NCBI GenBank assembly: GCA_003563855.1
Contig: PWTM01000309.1
Coordinates: 18,385-82,384 of the forward strand
Length of the DNA stretch: 64,000 nt
Source: PVC group bacterium
Lineage (GTDB): Bacteria; Verrucomicrobiota; Kiritimatiellia; PWTM01
Direction: 5' to 3'
Of this stretch, positions 52,786 to 61,077 are shown in pieces. Position 1 is the first letter of the stretch. The number at the start of each line of letters is the position of its first letter. Position numbers and translations under genes: made by a program. A model generated the notes under the pieces. It was not told the DNA's origin. It saw only the letters and a program-made list of their open reading frames with translations, and searched no databases.

Positions 52786-55464
52786 ATGCGCGACGAGATC
52801 CCCTGGACGGACAGCGACGCCGACGCGGAGGAGACCCGCGACTGGCAGGAATCGCTCGACGAGGTCATCGCGCGCAGCGGACCGCGCCGCGCCGCGCGGC
52901 TGCTGAGCGAGCTTCACCTGCGGGCGCACCAGCAGGGGGTCCGGCTCCCGTTCACCGCCAACACGCCCTACATCAACAGCATCCCCGCCGGCGAACAGCC
53001 CCCCTACCCCGGCAATCGCGAACTCGAACGCCGGATCAAGAGCCTGGTGCGCTGGAACGCGATGGCCATGGTCGTGCGGGCCAACCGCGAGGAGGAGGGC
53101 ATCGGCGGCCATATCTCGACCTACGCCTCCGCCGCCACGCTCTACGAGGTCGGGTTCAACCACTTCTTCCGGGCGCCGACCGACGGGCACCCGGGCGACC
53201 TGGTGTACTTCCAGGGCCATGCCTCGCCGGGCATCTACGCGCGGGCCTTCCTCGAGGGCCGGCTTTCGGCCGAACGCATCGGCAACTTCCGCCACGAACT
53301 GCACGACACGCCCGGGCTCCCCTCCTATCCGCACCCCTGGCTGATGCCGGACTTCTGGCAGTTCCCCACCGTCTCGATGGGGCTCGGCCCGCTGGCCGCC
53401 ATCTACCACGCCCGGTTCGTGAAGTACCTGCACGACCGCGGACTGCGCCCGCCCTGCGACCAGAAGATCTGGGCCTTTCTCGGCGACGGGGAGACGGACG
53501 AGCCCGAATCGCTCGGGGCGATCACGCTGGCCGCGCGCGAGCGGCTCGACAACCTGGTCTTCGTCATCAACTGCAACCTCCAGCGGCTGGACGGGCCGGT
53601 CCGGGGGAACGGCAAGATTATCCAGGAGCTCGAAGCGGCCTTCCGCGGCGCGGGCTGGAACGTGATCAAGGTGGTCTGGGGCAGCGACTGGGATCCGCTG
53701 CTCGACGCCGACCGCGACGGCGCGCTCGTGCGGCGCATGGCCGAGGTCGTCGACGGCGAATACCAGAAGTACACCGTGGCCGGCGGGGCCTACATCCGCG
53801 AGCGCTTCTTCGGCGCCGACCCGCGGCTGCTCGACCGGGTCCGGCATCTCTCCGACGAGGACCTCGCCCGGCTGCGGCGCGGCGGGCACGACCCCGAGAA
53901 GGTCTACGCCGCCTACGCGGCCGCCGTCCGCCACGAAGGCGCGCCGACCGTGATCCTGGCCAAAACGATCAAGGGCTACGGCCTCGGCGAGAGCGGCGAA
54001 GGCAAGAACATCACGCACCAGCAGAAGAAGCTCAACGAGGAGGAATTGCGCGAGTTCCGCTCCCGGTTCGGCATCCCGATCTCCGACGAGGATGTCGGCC
54101 GCCTGCCCTTCTACCGCCCGCCCGAGGACAGCCCGGAGATGGCCTACCTGCGCGCGCGCCGCGAGGCGCTCGGCGGCTTCCTGCCCACCCGCCGGCCGGT
54201 GTCCGTGCAGCTCCGTCTCCCGGAAGCGTCGGTCTACGCCGAGTTCCTGAAGGGCAGCGCGCGCGAGGTGTCCACGACGATGGTGTTCGTCCGGCTCCTC
54301 GGCAAGCTGCTGCGCGAACCGGAGCTCGGACCGCGCATCGTGCCGATCGTCCCCGACGAGGCGCGCACCTTCGGCATGGAGGCGCTCTTCCGCCAATGCG
54401 GGATTTACGCCCACAGCGGCCAGCTCTACGATCCGGTCGACTCGGACAGCCTGCTCTACTACCGCGAGGCGCGCGACGGGCAGATCCTCGAGGAAGGCAT
54501 CACGGAAGCCGGCAGCCTGGCGTCCTTCATCGCTGCCGGAACCGCCTACGCGAACCACGGGATTCCGACGATCCCCTTCTACATCTACTACTCGATGTTC
54601 GGTTTCCAGCGCGCGGGCGACCTGGTCTGGATGGCCGGCGATTCGCGGTGCCGCGGGTTCCTCGTCGGCGGAACCGCCGGCCGCACCACGCTCGCGGGCG
54701 AAGGCCTCCAGCACCAGGACGGGAACAGCCACCTGCTGGCGCTGCCGGTGCCGAACCTGCGCGCCTACGATCCCGCGTTCGCCTTCGAGCTGGCGGTCAT
54801 CGTCGAGGACGGACTCCGCCGCATGGGCCGCGAGAACGAGGACGTGTTCTACTACCTGACCGTCGAGAACGAGAACTACGCGCAGCCGGCCATGCCGGAC
54901 GGCGTGCGCGAGGGCATCCTGCGCGGCCTCTACCGGTTCCGCGCGGCGGAGCACGCCGGCGGCGACGCGCCGCGGGTGCGCCTGGTCGGCAGCGGCGCGA
55001 TCCTCAACGAGGCGCTCAAGGCGCAGGCGCTGCTCGCCGCCGAGCACGGCATTGCCGCGGATGTCTGGTCGGCCACCAGCTACAAGAGCCTGCTGGCCGA
55101 CGCGCTGGCGGCGGAACGCTGGAACCTGCGGAACCCCGGCAGGAAGCCGCGCGTGCCGCATGTCGCCGCCGAGCTGGCCGCGGGCACCGGTCCGGTCGTC
55201 GCCGCCTCGGACTACCTCAAGGCGCTGCCGGCCTCGCTCGCGCGCTGGATTCCCGGTCCGCTCGCGCCGCTCGGCACGGACGGCTACGGGCGCAGCGATG
55301 GGCGCCCGGCGTTGCGCCGGCACTTCGAGGTCGATGCGGCAGCGATCGCCGCCGCCGCGCTCGGCGCGCTCGCCCGCGAGGGTACGCTCGACGCCGCCAA
55401 GGCCCGCAAGGCCATCCGCGCCCTCGGCATCGACCCCGAGCACCCCGACCCCGCCCTGGCTTGA
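52786..55464 (+). CDS. aceE: Pyruvate dehydrogenase E1, homodimeric type
   Basis: GGHISTYAS, FQGHASPG, QFPTVSMGLG, GDGETDEPE...NCNLQRLDGP, GEGLQHQDG. Confidence 0.97.
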   Translation: MRDEIPWTDSDADAEETRDWQESLDEVIARSGPRRAARLLSELHLRAHQQGVRLPFTANTPYINSIPAGEQPPYPGNRELERRIKSLVRWNAMAMVVRANREEEGIGGHISTYASAATLYEVGFNHFFRAPTDGHPGDLVYFQGHASPGIYARAFLEGRLSAERIGNFRHELHDTPGLPSYPHPWLMPDFWQFPTVSMGLGPLAAIYHARFVKYLHDRGLRPPCDQKIWAFLGDGETDEPESLGAITLAARERLDNLVFVINCNLQRLDGPVRGNGKIIQELEAAFRGAGWNVIKVVWGSDWDPLLDADRDGALVRRMAEVVDGEYQKYTVAGGAYIRERFFGADPRLLDRVRHLSDEDLARLRRGGHDPEKVYAAYAAAVRHEGAPTVILAKTIKGYGLGESGEGKNITHQQKKLNEEELREFRSRFGIPISDEDVGRLPFYRPPEDSPEMAYLRARREALGGFLPTRRPVSVQLRLPEASVYAEFLKGSAREVSTTMVFVRLLGKLLREPELGPRIVPIVPDEARTFGMEALFRQCGIYAHSGQLYDPVDSDSLLYYREARDGQILEEGITEAGSLASFIAAGTAYANHGIPTIPFYIYYSMFGFQRAGDLVWMAGDSRCRGFLVGGTAGRTTLAGEGLQHQDGNSHLLALPVPNLRAYDPAFAFELAVIVEDGLRRMGRENEDVFYYLTVENENYAQPAMPDGVREGILRGLYRFRAAEHAGGDAPRVRLVGSGAILNEALKAQALLAAEHGIAADVWSATSYKSLLADALAAERWNLRNPGRKPRVPHVAAELAAGTGPVVAASDYLKALPASLARWIPGPLAPLGTDGYGRSDGRPALRRHFEVDAAAIAAAALGALAREGTLDAAKARKAIRALGIDPEHPDPALA

Positions 55465-55533
55465 ACGCCGCGTTCCGGCTGGCAAGGGGGGCGGGGAGGC
55501 GGTAAGGTACGGCACACGCGAGCGGGGGTGTGC

Positions 55534-56889
55534 ATGGACGTCAAGATTCCCGAACTGGGCGAGAATATCGAGGGTGGCGATGTTGTAGCGGTGCGCGTTG
55601 CCGAAGGGGACACGGTCGAGGCCGAGCAGCCGTTGCTCGAGCTCGAAACCGGCAAGGCGACGATCGAGCTGCCCTCCCCGTCCGGCGGCCGCATAAGCGC
55701 CATCCGCGTGAAGGCCGGGGACACCGTGACCGTCGGCCAGGTCGTCATGGAACTGGACACCGGCGCGAAGGCCGAGGCCGCGCCGCCGAAGGAAGAAGCG
55801 GACGCTCCCGCCCCTAAGCCGGAACCGAAACCGGCCGAACCCGAGGCGCCACCGGAATCGGCGCCCGCCGAACCCGAACCCGAGTCGGACGCGAAGCCCG
55901 ACTCGACGGAGCCTGCCGCACCGAGCCCGGCGCCGGAGCCCGCGCGCGAGCCCGCGCCGCCGCTGCCGAAGCCGCCGGCCGTGCCCGTCGCCGCCGCCCC
56001 CTCCGTGCGCCGGTTCGCCCGCGAGATCGGCGTGGACATCGAGCAGGTCGTCGGGCACGGCAAGGGCGGCCGCATCTCGATCGACGACGTCAAACAGTTC
56101 GCCCGCCAGGCCGCGACCGGCCGGGCCGTTCGCGGCCACTGCGCGCTCGAGGCCGAGCCGCTGCCCGACTTCTCCCGCTGGGGTCCGGTCCGGCGCGAGA
56201 CGATGTCGAAGATCCGCACCGTCACCGCCGAGCACCTCGGCCGGGCCTGGGCGCTGATCCCGCACGTCACGCAGCACGGCAAGGCAGACGTGACGGAACT
56301 CGAGACGCTGCGCAAGCGCCTCGCCCCGCGCGCCGAGGCCGCGGGGGCGAAGCTGACGCTGACCGCGATCCTCGTCCGCATCGTCGCCGCCGCCCTGCGC
56401 GTCCACCCGAAGTTCAACGCCAGCGTCGACCTCCCGGGCCGCGCGATCGTCTTCAAGGACTACGTCCATATCGGCATCGCCGTCGATACCGAGCGCGGCC
56501 TGCTCGTGCCGGTCGTGCGCGACGCGGACCGCAAGAACATCGTGCAGATCGCCGCCGAGCTCGGCCGCCTGGCCGAGGCCGCGCGCGCGGGCAAGCTCGC
56601 ACCCGACGATCTCCAGGGCGGCACGTTCACGGTGACGAATATCGGCGCGATCGGCGGCTCGTTCTTCACGCCGATCATCAACGCGCCGGAAGTCGCGATC
56701 CTCGGCGTCGGACGGGCCGAGCGCGAGCTTCGGCTGCAGCCCGGCAGCGATACGCCGGAGCCTCGCCTGATGCTCCCCCTCTCGCTCTCCTACGACCACC
56801 GGCTGATCGACGGCGCCGACGGCGCCCGGTTCCTGCGCTGGCTCGTCGACGCGGTGGCCGAGCCGATGCTGATCTCGCTGGAGGGGTGA
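55534..56889 (+). CDS. aceF: Dihydrolipoamide acetyltransferase E2 (one lipoyl domain)
   Basis: LETGKA lipoyl motif, AAPSVRRFARE.G, LSYDHRLIDGA. Confidence 0.95.
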   Translation: MDVKIPELGENIEGGDVVAVRVAEGDTVEAEQPLLELETGKATIELPSPSGGRISAIRVKAGDTVTVGQVVMELDTGAKAEAAPPKEEADAPAPKPEPKPAEPEAPPESAPAEPEPESDAKPDSTEPAAPSPAPEPAREPAPPLPKPPAVPVAAAPSVRRFAREIGVDIEQVVGHGKGGRISIDDVKQFARQAATGRAVRGHCALEAEPLPDFSRWGPVRRETMSKIRTVTAEHLGRAWALIPHVTQHGKADVTELETLRKRLAPRAEAAGAKLTLTAILVRIVAAALRVHPKFNASVDLPGRAIVFKDYVHIGIAVDTERGLLVPVVRDADRKNIVQIAAELGRLAEAARAGKLAPDDLQGGTFTVTNIGAIGGSFFTPIINAPEVAILGVGRAERELRLQPGSDTPEPRLMLPLSLSYDHRLIDGADGARFLRWLVDAVAEPMLISLEG

Positions 56890-57920
56890 ACGTGCGCCCG
56901 GCCGAGATCCCCATGCGGCGGGTGGGGCCTGTGCGGCTCGCCGGCCCGGAGGTCGAGGACGAGGTCATGCTCCCGCTGGCCACGTTCGAGACCCCGCTCT
57001 GGCCGTCCGTCGCCCGCGGCGCGCGCGTGACGCGCGAGGCCGGCGGCATACGGGCGGTCGTCGTCGACGAGCGCATGACCCGCTCGATCCTGCTCGAAGC
57101 GCCCGACGCCGTCGCGGCGGTCGAGGCGGGTCGCGCGATCGAGGCGCAGCGGGAGGAACTCGCCGCCGTGGTCGCGGCGACGGGTCGGTTCGTGCGCCTG
57201 CTGGAACTCCGCGCGCAGTACGCCGGCCCGCTGCTCTTCCTCCGCGTTGCCGTCGCCACGGGCGACGCGGCCGGCCACAACATGGCGACCAAGGCCGCGC
57301 AGGCCGTGCTCGACCGGATCGCCGAAACGCGACCCGCGCTGCGCCCGGTCTCGGTCTCCGGCAACCTCTGCACCGACAAGAAGGTCTCGGCCGTCAACGG
57401 CCTCCTCGGCCGCGGCCGCCACGTGGTCGCCGAGGCGCGGATCCCCGCCGACCTCTGCCGGCGACGGCTGCGCGTGGCGCCCGGGGATCTCGTCGGCCTC
57501 CACGTGCGCAAGAACCTGGTCGGCTCCATCCTGGCCGGCAGCCTGCGGAGCGCGAACGCGCATGTGGCGAACATGCTGCTGGCCTTCTACCTCGCCACCG
57601 GCCAGGACGGCGCGAACGTCGTCGAAGGCTCACAGGCGATCACGCACGCCGACGTGTCAGACGGCGACCTCGCCTTTTCCGTTACCCTGCCCAACCTCGT
57701 ACTCGGCACCGTCGGTGCGGGGAAGGACCTGCCCTTCGTCGCGGAGAACCTCGAGGCGCTCGGTTGCCGCGCCCCGCGTCCGCCCGGCGCCAATGCGCGG
57801 CGGCTGGCCGTGCTCGCCGCGGCCGCGGTGCTCTGCGGCGAGCTCTCGCTGCTCGCCGCACTGGCAAACCCCGGCGAATTGGTGCGCGCGCACCTGCGGC
57901 TCGAGCGGAACGCCGGGTGA
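56886..57920 (+). CDS. 3-hydroxy-3-methylglutaryl-CoA reductase (class I, Streptomyces-type)
   Basis: PM..VGP, PLATFETPLWPSV.RG, MTRS, TGDAAGHNM, SGNLCTDKK, NAH.AN, ATGQD.AN.VEGS, GTVG, GELSLLAA, ELVRAH; GTG start overlaps aceF stop. Confidence 0.93.
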   Translation: MNVRPAEIPMRRVGPVRLAGPEVEDEVMLPLATFETPLWPSVARGARVTREAGGIRAVVVDERMTRSILLEAPDAVAAVEAGRAIEAQREELAAVVAATGRFVRLLELRAQYAGPLLFLRVAVATGDAAGHNMATKAAQAVLDRIAETRPALRPVSVSGNLCTDKKVSAVNGLLGRGRHVVAEARIPADLCRRRLRVAPGDLVGLHVRKNLVGSILAGSLRSANAHVANMLLAFYLATGQDGANVVEGSQAITHADVSDGDLAFSVTLPNLVLGTVGAGKDLPFVAENLEALGCRAPRPPGANARRLAVLAAAAVLCGELSLLAALANPGELVRAHLRLERNAG

Positions 57921-57935
57921 ACCGCGGCTGCAGGT

Positions 57936-58236
57936 AGAGCGCAGCGGCGATGGCGCGTTCGTCCCCCCCGGCCGAGCGGCCCGGCCCGTGCCACGGGCGA
58001 CTCCACAGGCATCGGCAAAGCGGCGTCGCCGGGCTTCGCCCTTTGCCGCCGCACTCCACATGGCTGCGATGCTGCACGGACACGGCCCTCCACATTATGG
58101 AGTGCGCCGGCAGAGCGCAGCGGCGACGGCGCTTTCGCCTCTCCCGGCCGGGCGACCCGGCCCGTGCCACGGGCGACTCCACAGGCATCGGCAAAGCGGC
58201 GTCGCCGGGCTTCGCCCTCTGCCGCCGCACTCCACA
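57936..58236. repeat. Two ~125-bp direct copies of a MITE/REPIN-like element (57936-58060 and 58112-58236); the second is bounded by TGGAGTGCG...CGCACTCCA inverted ends (58098-58235)
   Basis: Near-identical cores CCCGGCCCGTGCCACGGGCGACTCCACAGGCATCGGCAAAGCGGCGTCGCCGGGCTTCGCCCT. Confidence 0.88.
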
Positions 58237-58369
58237 GCGCCGCTCCGCGGCGCGCAGCAACCCGGCGCGCGCCGGGCGTGCCCAGGGTGCACCAAGGCCG
58301 GCGTGCAAGACGCCGCCGGCTGTGGTATAGGGGCGGCGGGCGGTGTGGCTGCCCTGCAGGGAGAGTGAC

Positions 58370-58879
58370 ATGAGCAAGCGCATACTGGTGGCGTATGCCT
58401 CGAAGTACGGGGCGACGGAGGCGATCGCCGAGCGCATCGCGAAGACCCTGGAGCAGGCCGGCCTGCCGGTCGACTGCCTCGCCGTTCAGCGTGCCGGCGA
58501 GCTGGCCCCTTACGGGGCGGTGGTGCTCGGCAGCGGCGTCTACGCGGGCCAGTGGCGCAAGGAGGCCGCGACGTTCCTCAAAGCCAACGCCGAGGCGCTC
58601 GCGGAGCGTCCGGTCTGGCTCTTCTCGAGCGGCCCCACCGGGAAGGGCGAGCCCTCGGCCCTGCTCCAGGGCTGGCGCTTCCCGAAGAAGCTACAGCCGC
58701 TCGCCGATCGGATCGGGCCGCGCGACTTCGCCGTCTTCCACGGCGCCCTCGACGCCGCGAAGATGAACCGGCTCGAACGCATGATGATCAAGGCGGTGAA
58801 GGCCCCCGCGGGCGACTTCCGGGACTGGGACGCCATCGAGGCCTGGGCGCGGGGCATCGCCGAGGCGCTGAAGGCGTAG
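58370..58879 (+). CDS. Flavodoxin-domain protein (HemG/Flavodoxin_5-like)
   Basis: ILVAYASKYGAT..IAE.I, VVLGS.VY.G.W, VWLFSSGP, GDFRDW..I..WA. Confidence 0.88.
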   Translation: MSKRILVAYASKYGATEAIAERIAKTLEQAGLPVDCLAVQRAGELAPYGAVVLGSGVYAGQWRKEAATFLKANAEALAERPVWLFSSGPTGKGEPSALLQGWRFPKKLQPLADRIGPRDFAVFHGALDAAKMNRLERMMIKAVKAPAGDFRDWDAIEAWARGIAEALKA

Positions 58880-58896
58880 TGACCAGGCCATCAGCG

Positions 58897-58968
58897 TCGT
58901 CCTCGTGCTCGTCCTCGTCCTCGTTCTTCGACATCCGAGAACGAGAACGAGAACGAGGACGAGGACGA
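58897..58968. repeat. Inverted array of 6-bp repeats (CTCGT[CT])n...(ACGAG[AG])n forming a long hairpin
   Basis: tcgtcctcgtgctcgtcctcgtcctcgttcttcg-acatc-cgagaacgagaacgagaacgaggacgaggacga. Confidence 0.85.
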
Positions 58969-59034
58969 TCGGAAAGGGTTGCCTAGCTTCGAGGGTGCGC
59001 GCTTAGCCTGCGCGGAAGCCCGGGGGATTCGGCC

Positions 59035-59511
59035 ATGCCGATCTACGAATACGAATGCCGGAAATGCGGGCGGGTGGCGAGCTTCCTCGTCCGGAACACC
59101 GGGGCGCACCGCAGGCCGCCCTGTCCGCACTGCCGGGCGCGCGCCATGCGGCGTGTTCTCTCGCGCTTCAGCGCGGTCGGCGGCCGCAAGACGCGGACCG
59201 ACGACGCGCCCGCGCCGGAGGCAGACGACGGCGGCTTCGACGCGGAGGGCGGCGAAGGCCCCGACGACACGGGCTTCGACGAAGCCGGCCTCGAGGCGGC
59301 CATGGAGGGCGTGGACGAGAACGACCCGCGCTCGATGGGCCGCATGATGCGCCGGCTCGCGCAGCAGACCGGCGAACCGCTCGACGAAGAAACCGACGAA
59401 GTCGTCCGCCGCCTCGAAGCCGGCGAAGACCCCGAATCCATCGACGACGCCGTGGACGGCGGGGGAGCCGACGACGCCGGTGACACCGGCGACGAACTCT
59501 ACGACGCATGA
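59035..59511 (+). CDS. FmdB-family zinc-ribbon protein with acidic C-terminal domain
   Basis: MPIYEYECRKCG...CPHC...R..SRF; DENDPRSMGRMMR. Confidence 0.88.
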   Translation: MPIYEYECRKCGRVASFLVRNTGAHRRPPCPHCRARAMRRVLSRFSAVGGRKTRTDDAPAPEADDGGFDAEGGEGPDDTGFDEAGLEAAMEGVDENDPRSMGRMMRRLAQQTGEPLDEETDEVVRRLEAGEDPESIDDAVDGGGADDAGDTGDELYDA

Positions 59512-59532
59512 TCCCCGGCAACCGGGGCAAGG

Positions 59533-60175
59533 ATGGACAGAATCATTGGGGACAGAATCGGGGACAGAGCGACGGGAGCCCGCCGCCCCTCGATGCTGAC
59601 CTGCTTCCAAGGCCTGGAAGTCTGGGTGCCCACGGGTTCCAAGGTTTGGAGGGGCACGCCCCCCGCCGGGGGCTGAGCCCTGGCCCACAGCACCGTCGAC
59701 CGATCCTCCCGTTTCGCGAAAAGGGGGATGGGATCGGCGTGAGGCGGGCGCCTGGGGCCGATGGGTGGACGCCGGACGCCCGACGCCCGACGCCGCGCGA
59801 CCGTGGCGAGCGAGGGGCGGCGGTGCGGAACCGGCACGGGCGAGAGCCCTCCCGCGCCGCGTCGCGGCGCCTTGGAGTGCGGCGACGTGTCGCCGCTTTG
59901 TTCCGCCGCGTCGCGACGCGGCGAGAAGCGAAGACGGCCTCGCGAGGCCGCACTCCGAAAGGCGCGCTACGCGCGCCGGGAAGGCCTGGGCCGTCGTCCC
60001 TTCGCCCGGGGCCGCTTCTCTCTGAAGCTGAAGTTCGCGACAAAGGGAGAGAGCGCCCGCCCCATCGTCGACCGTACTCCTCGACCCTACTCGTCGACCG
60101 GAGAGACCAAGTGCTGAAACCGGCGAAGCGCCACGCCGGTCAGCATTTCAGCACTTCAGCATTTCAGCGTTTCCC
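59533..60175. repeat. Intergenic repeat mosaic between convergent genes
   Basis: GGACAGA x3; TTCCAAGG..TGGA x2; 7-mer GACGCC[CG] repeats; TTGGAGTGCGGC...GCCGCACTCC element (59872-59959); 13-mer TACTCGTCGACC; 8-mer TCAGCA[TC]T repeats. Confidence 0.8.
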
Positions 60176-60178
60176 CGG

Positions 60179-60565
60179 TCAGTCCCCAAGGCTGCCGAGC
60201 TTCTCTTTCAGCGTCCGCAGCAGGGTCTGGGGCTGGATCGGCTTCTGGAAGACGCCGTCGAGGCCGAGGTCGACGTAGCTGGTCGTCTGGCTGAGCTGGT
60301 CGCCCGCCGAGCTGAGCATGTAGATCGGGGCCTTGTTGCCGAGCAGCCGCAGCTCCTTGACGAAGCTCGTCCCGGAATCGACCTCCTCCATCATGAGGTC
60401 GACGATGACGAGGTCGGGCTTCGTCTCCTTGTAGACGCGCAGCCCCTGCTCGGCGCTGTGCGCCTCCTCCATGATGTAGCCGTTGGACTCCAGGATCACG
60501 CGAACCGAATCCAGGAAGTCGGGGTCATCGTCGATGTACAGGATTACGTACTTGCCGTCGCGCAT
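60179..60565 (-). CDS. Single-domain response regulator (receiver)
   Basis: ILYIDDD, PDLVIVDLMM, MLSS, FQKP. Confidence 0.9.
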   Translation of the reverse strand: MRDGKYVILYIDDDPDFLDSVRVILESNGYIMEEAHSAEQGLRVYKETKPDLVIVDLMMEEVDSGTSFVKELRLLGNKAPIYMLSSAGDQLSQTTSYVDLGLDGVFQKPIQPQTLLRTLKEKLGSLGD

Positions 60566-61077
60566 GGTCGTTCCTCCGTTGGGCCCGTCCGGTTCATCCA
60601 GGGTTCGAGCGCCCGCACCGCCTCGGACAGCGTCGCCGCGCGGAGCGCCGGCGTCAAGGCCCGGAGCGCGGCCTTGAGGTGGGCGGAGGCCCGTTCTCCC
60701 AGCCGCTCGCCGAACCCGTCGAAATCGTACCCCCGCAGCCCGATCGCCCAGGCGGGCGGCGCGGCGCCGAAGAGGTCGCGCGCGAGCGCCATGACCGCGC
60801 CGGAGCTCACGCTGTGCGTGCTGAATCCCGCCCCTTCGTCGGTCGGCGCCACGGGGTAGAGCGCGAAGGGCGCCGGACCGCGCACCGCCGCGTCGGCGAA
60901 GAGCACGAGCCCGTGCCCGGCGACCGCCGCCGCGTGCTCGACCGTCAACTGGTAATCCGCGTCCACCGCCACGCCCTCAAGGCCCATCCCTTCGACCGCC
61001 GCCGCGAAGGCCGGTCCGAGCCCGTCGTCCAGGCGGCCCGGGTTGCCGTAGCCGATCAGCAGCAGCGGCGGGTTCAT
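60544..61077 (-). CDS. hoxW: Hydrogenase maturation protease
   Basis: LLIGYGNPGRLDDGLGP, YQLTVE, VLFADA, FSTH; ATG overlaps hoxH stop. Confidence 0.88.
   Translation of the reverse strand: MNPPLLLIGYGNPGRLDDGLGPAFAAAVEGMGLEGVAVDADYQLTVEHAAAVAGHGLVLFADAAVRGPAPFALYPVAPTDEGAGFSTHSVSSGAVMALARDLFGAAPPAWAIGLRGYDFDGFGERLGERASAHLKAALRALTPALRAATLSEAVRALEPWMNRTGPTEERPCATAST

Noticed and set aside
50947..56799. 1950-aa minus-strand ORF
   Set aside because: Mostly an antisense shadow of deoC/aceE/aceF caused by high-GC codon bias; no recognisable motifs.
57950..58437. Short ORFs over the duplicated element and in 59508-60278
   Set aside because: Translations of repeat elements with no protein-like features.
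33495..60175. CRISPR array interpretation of the spaced palindromes and 125-bp duplicates
   Set aside because: Only two units per locus, repeat and spacer sizes do not fit, and no cas genes are present.
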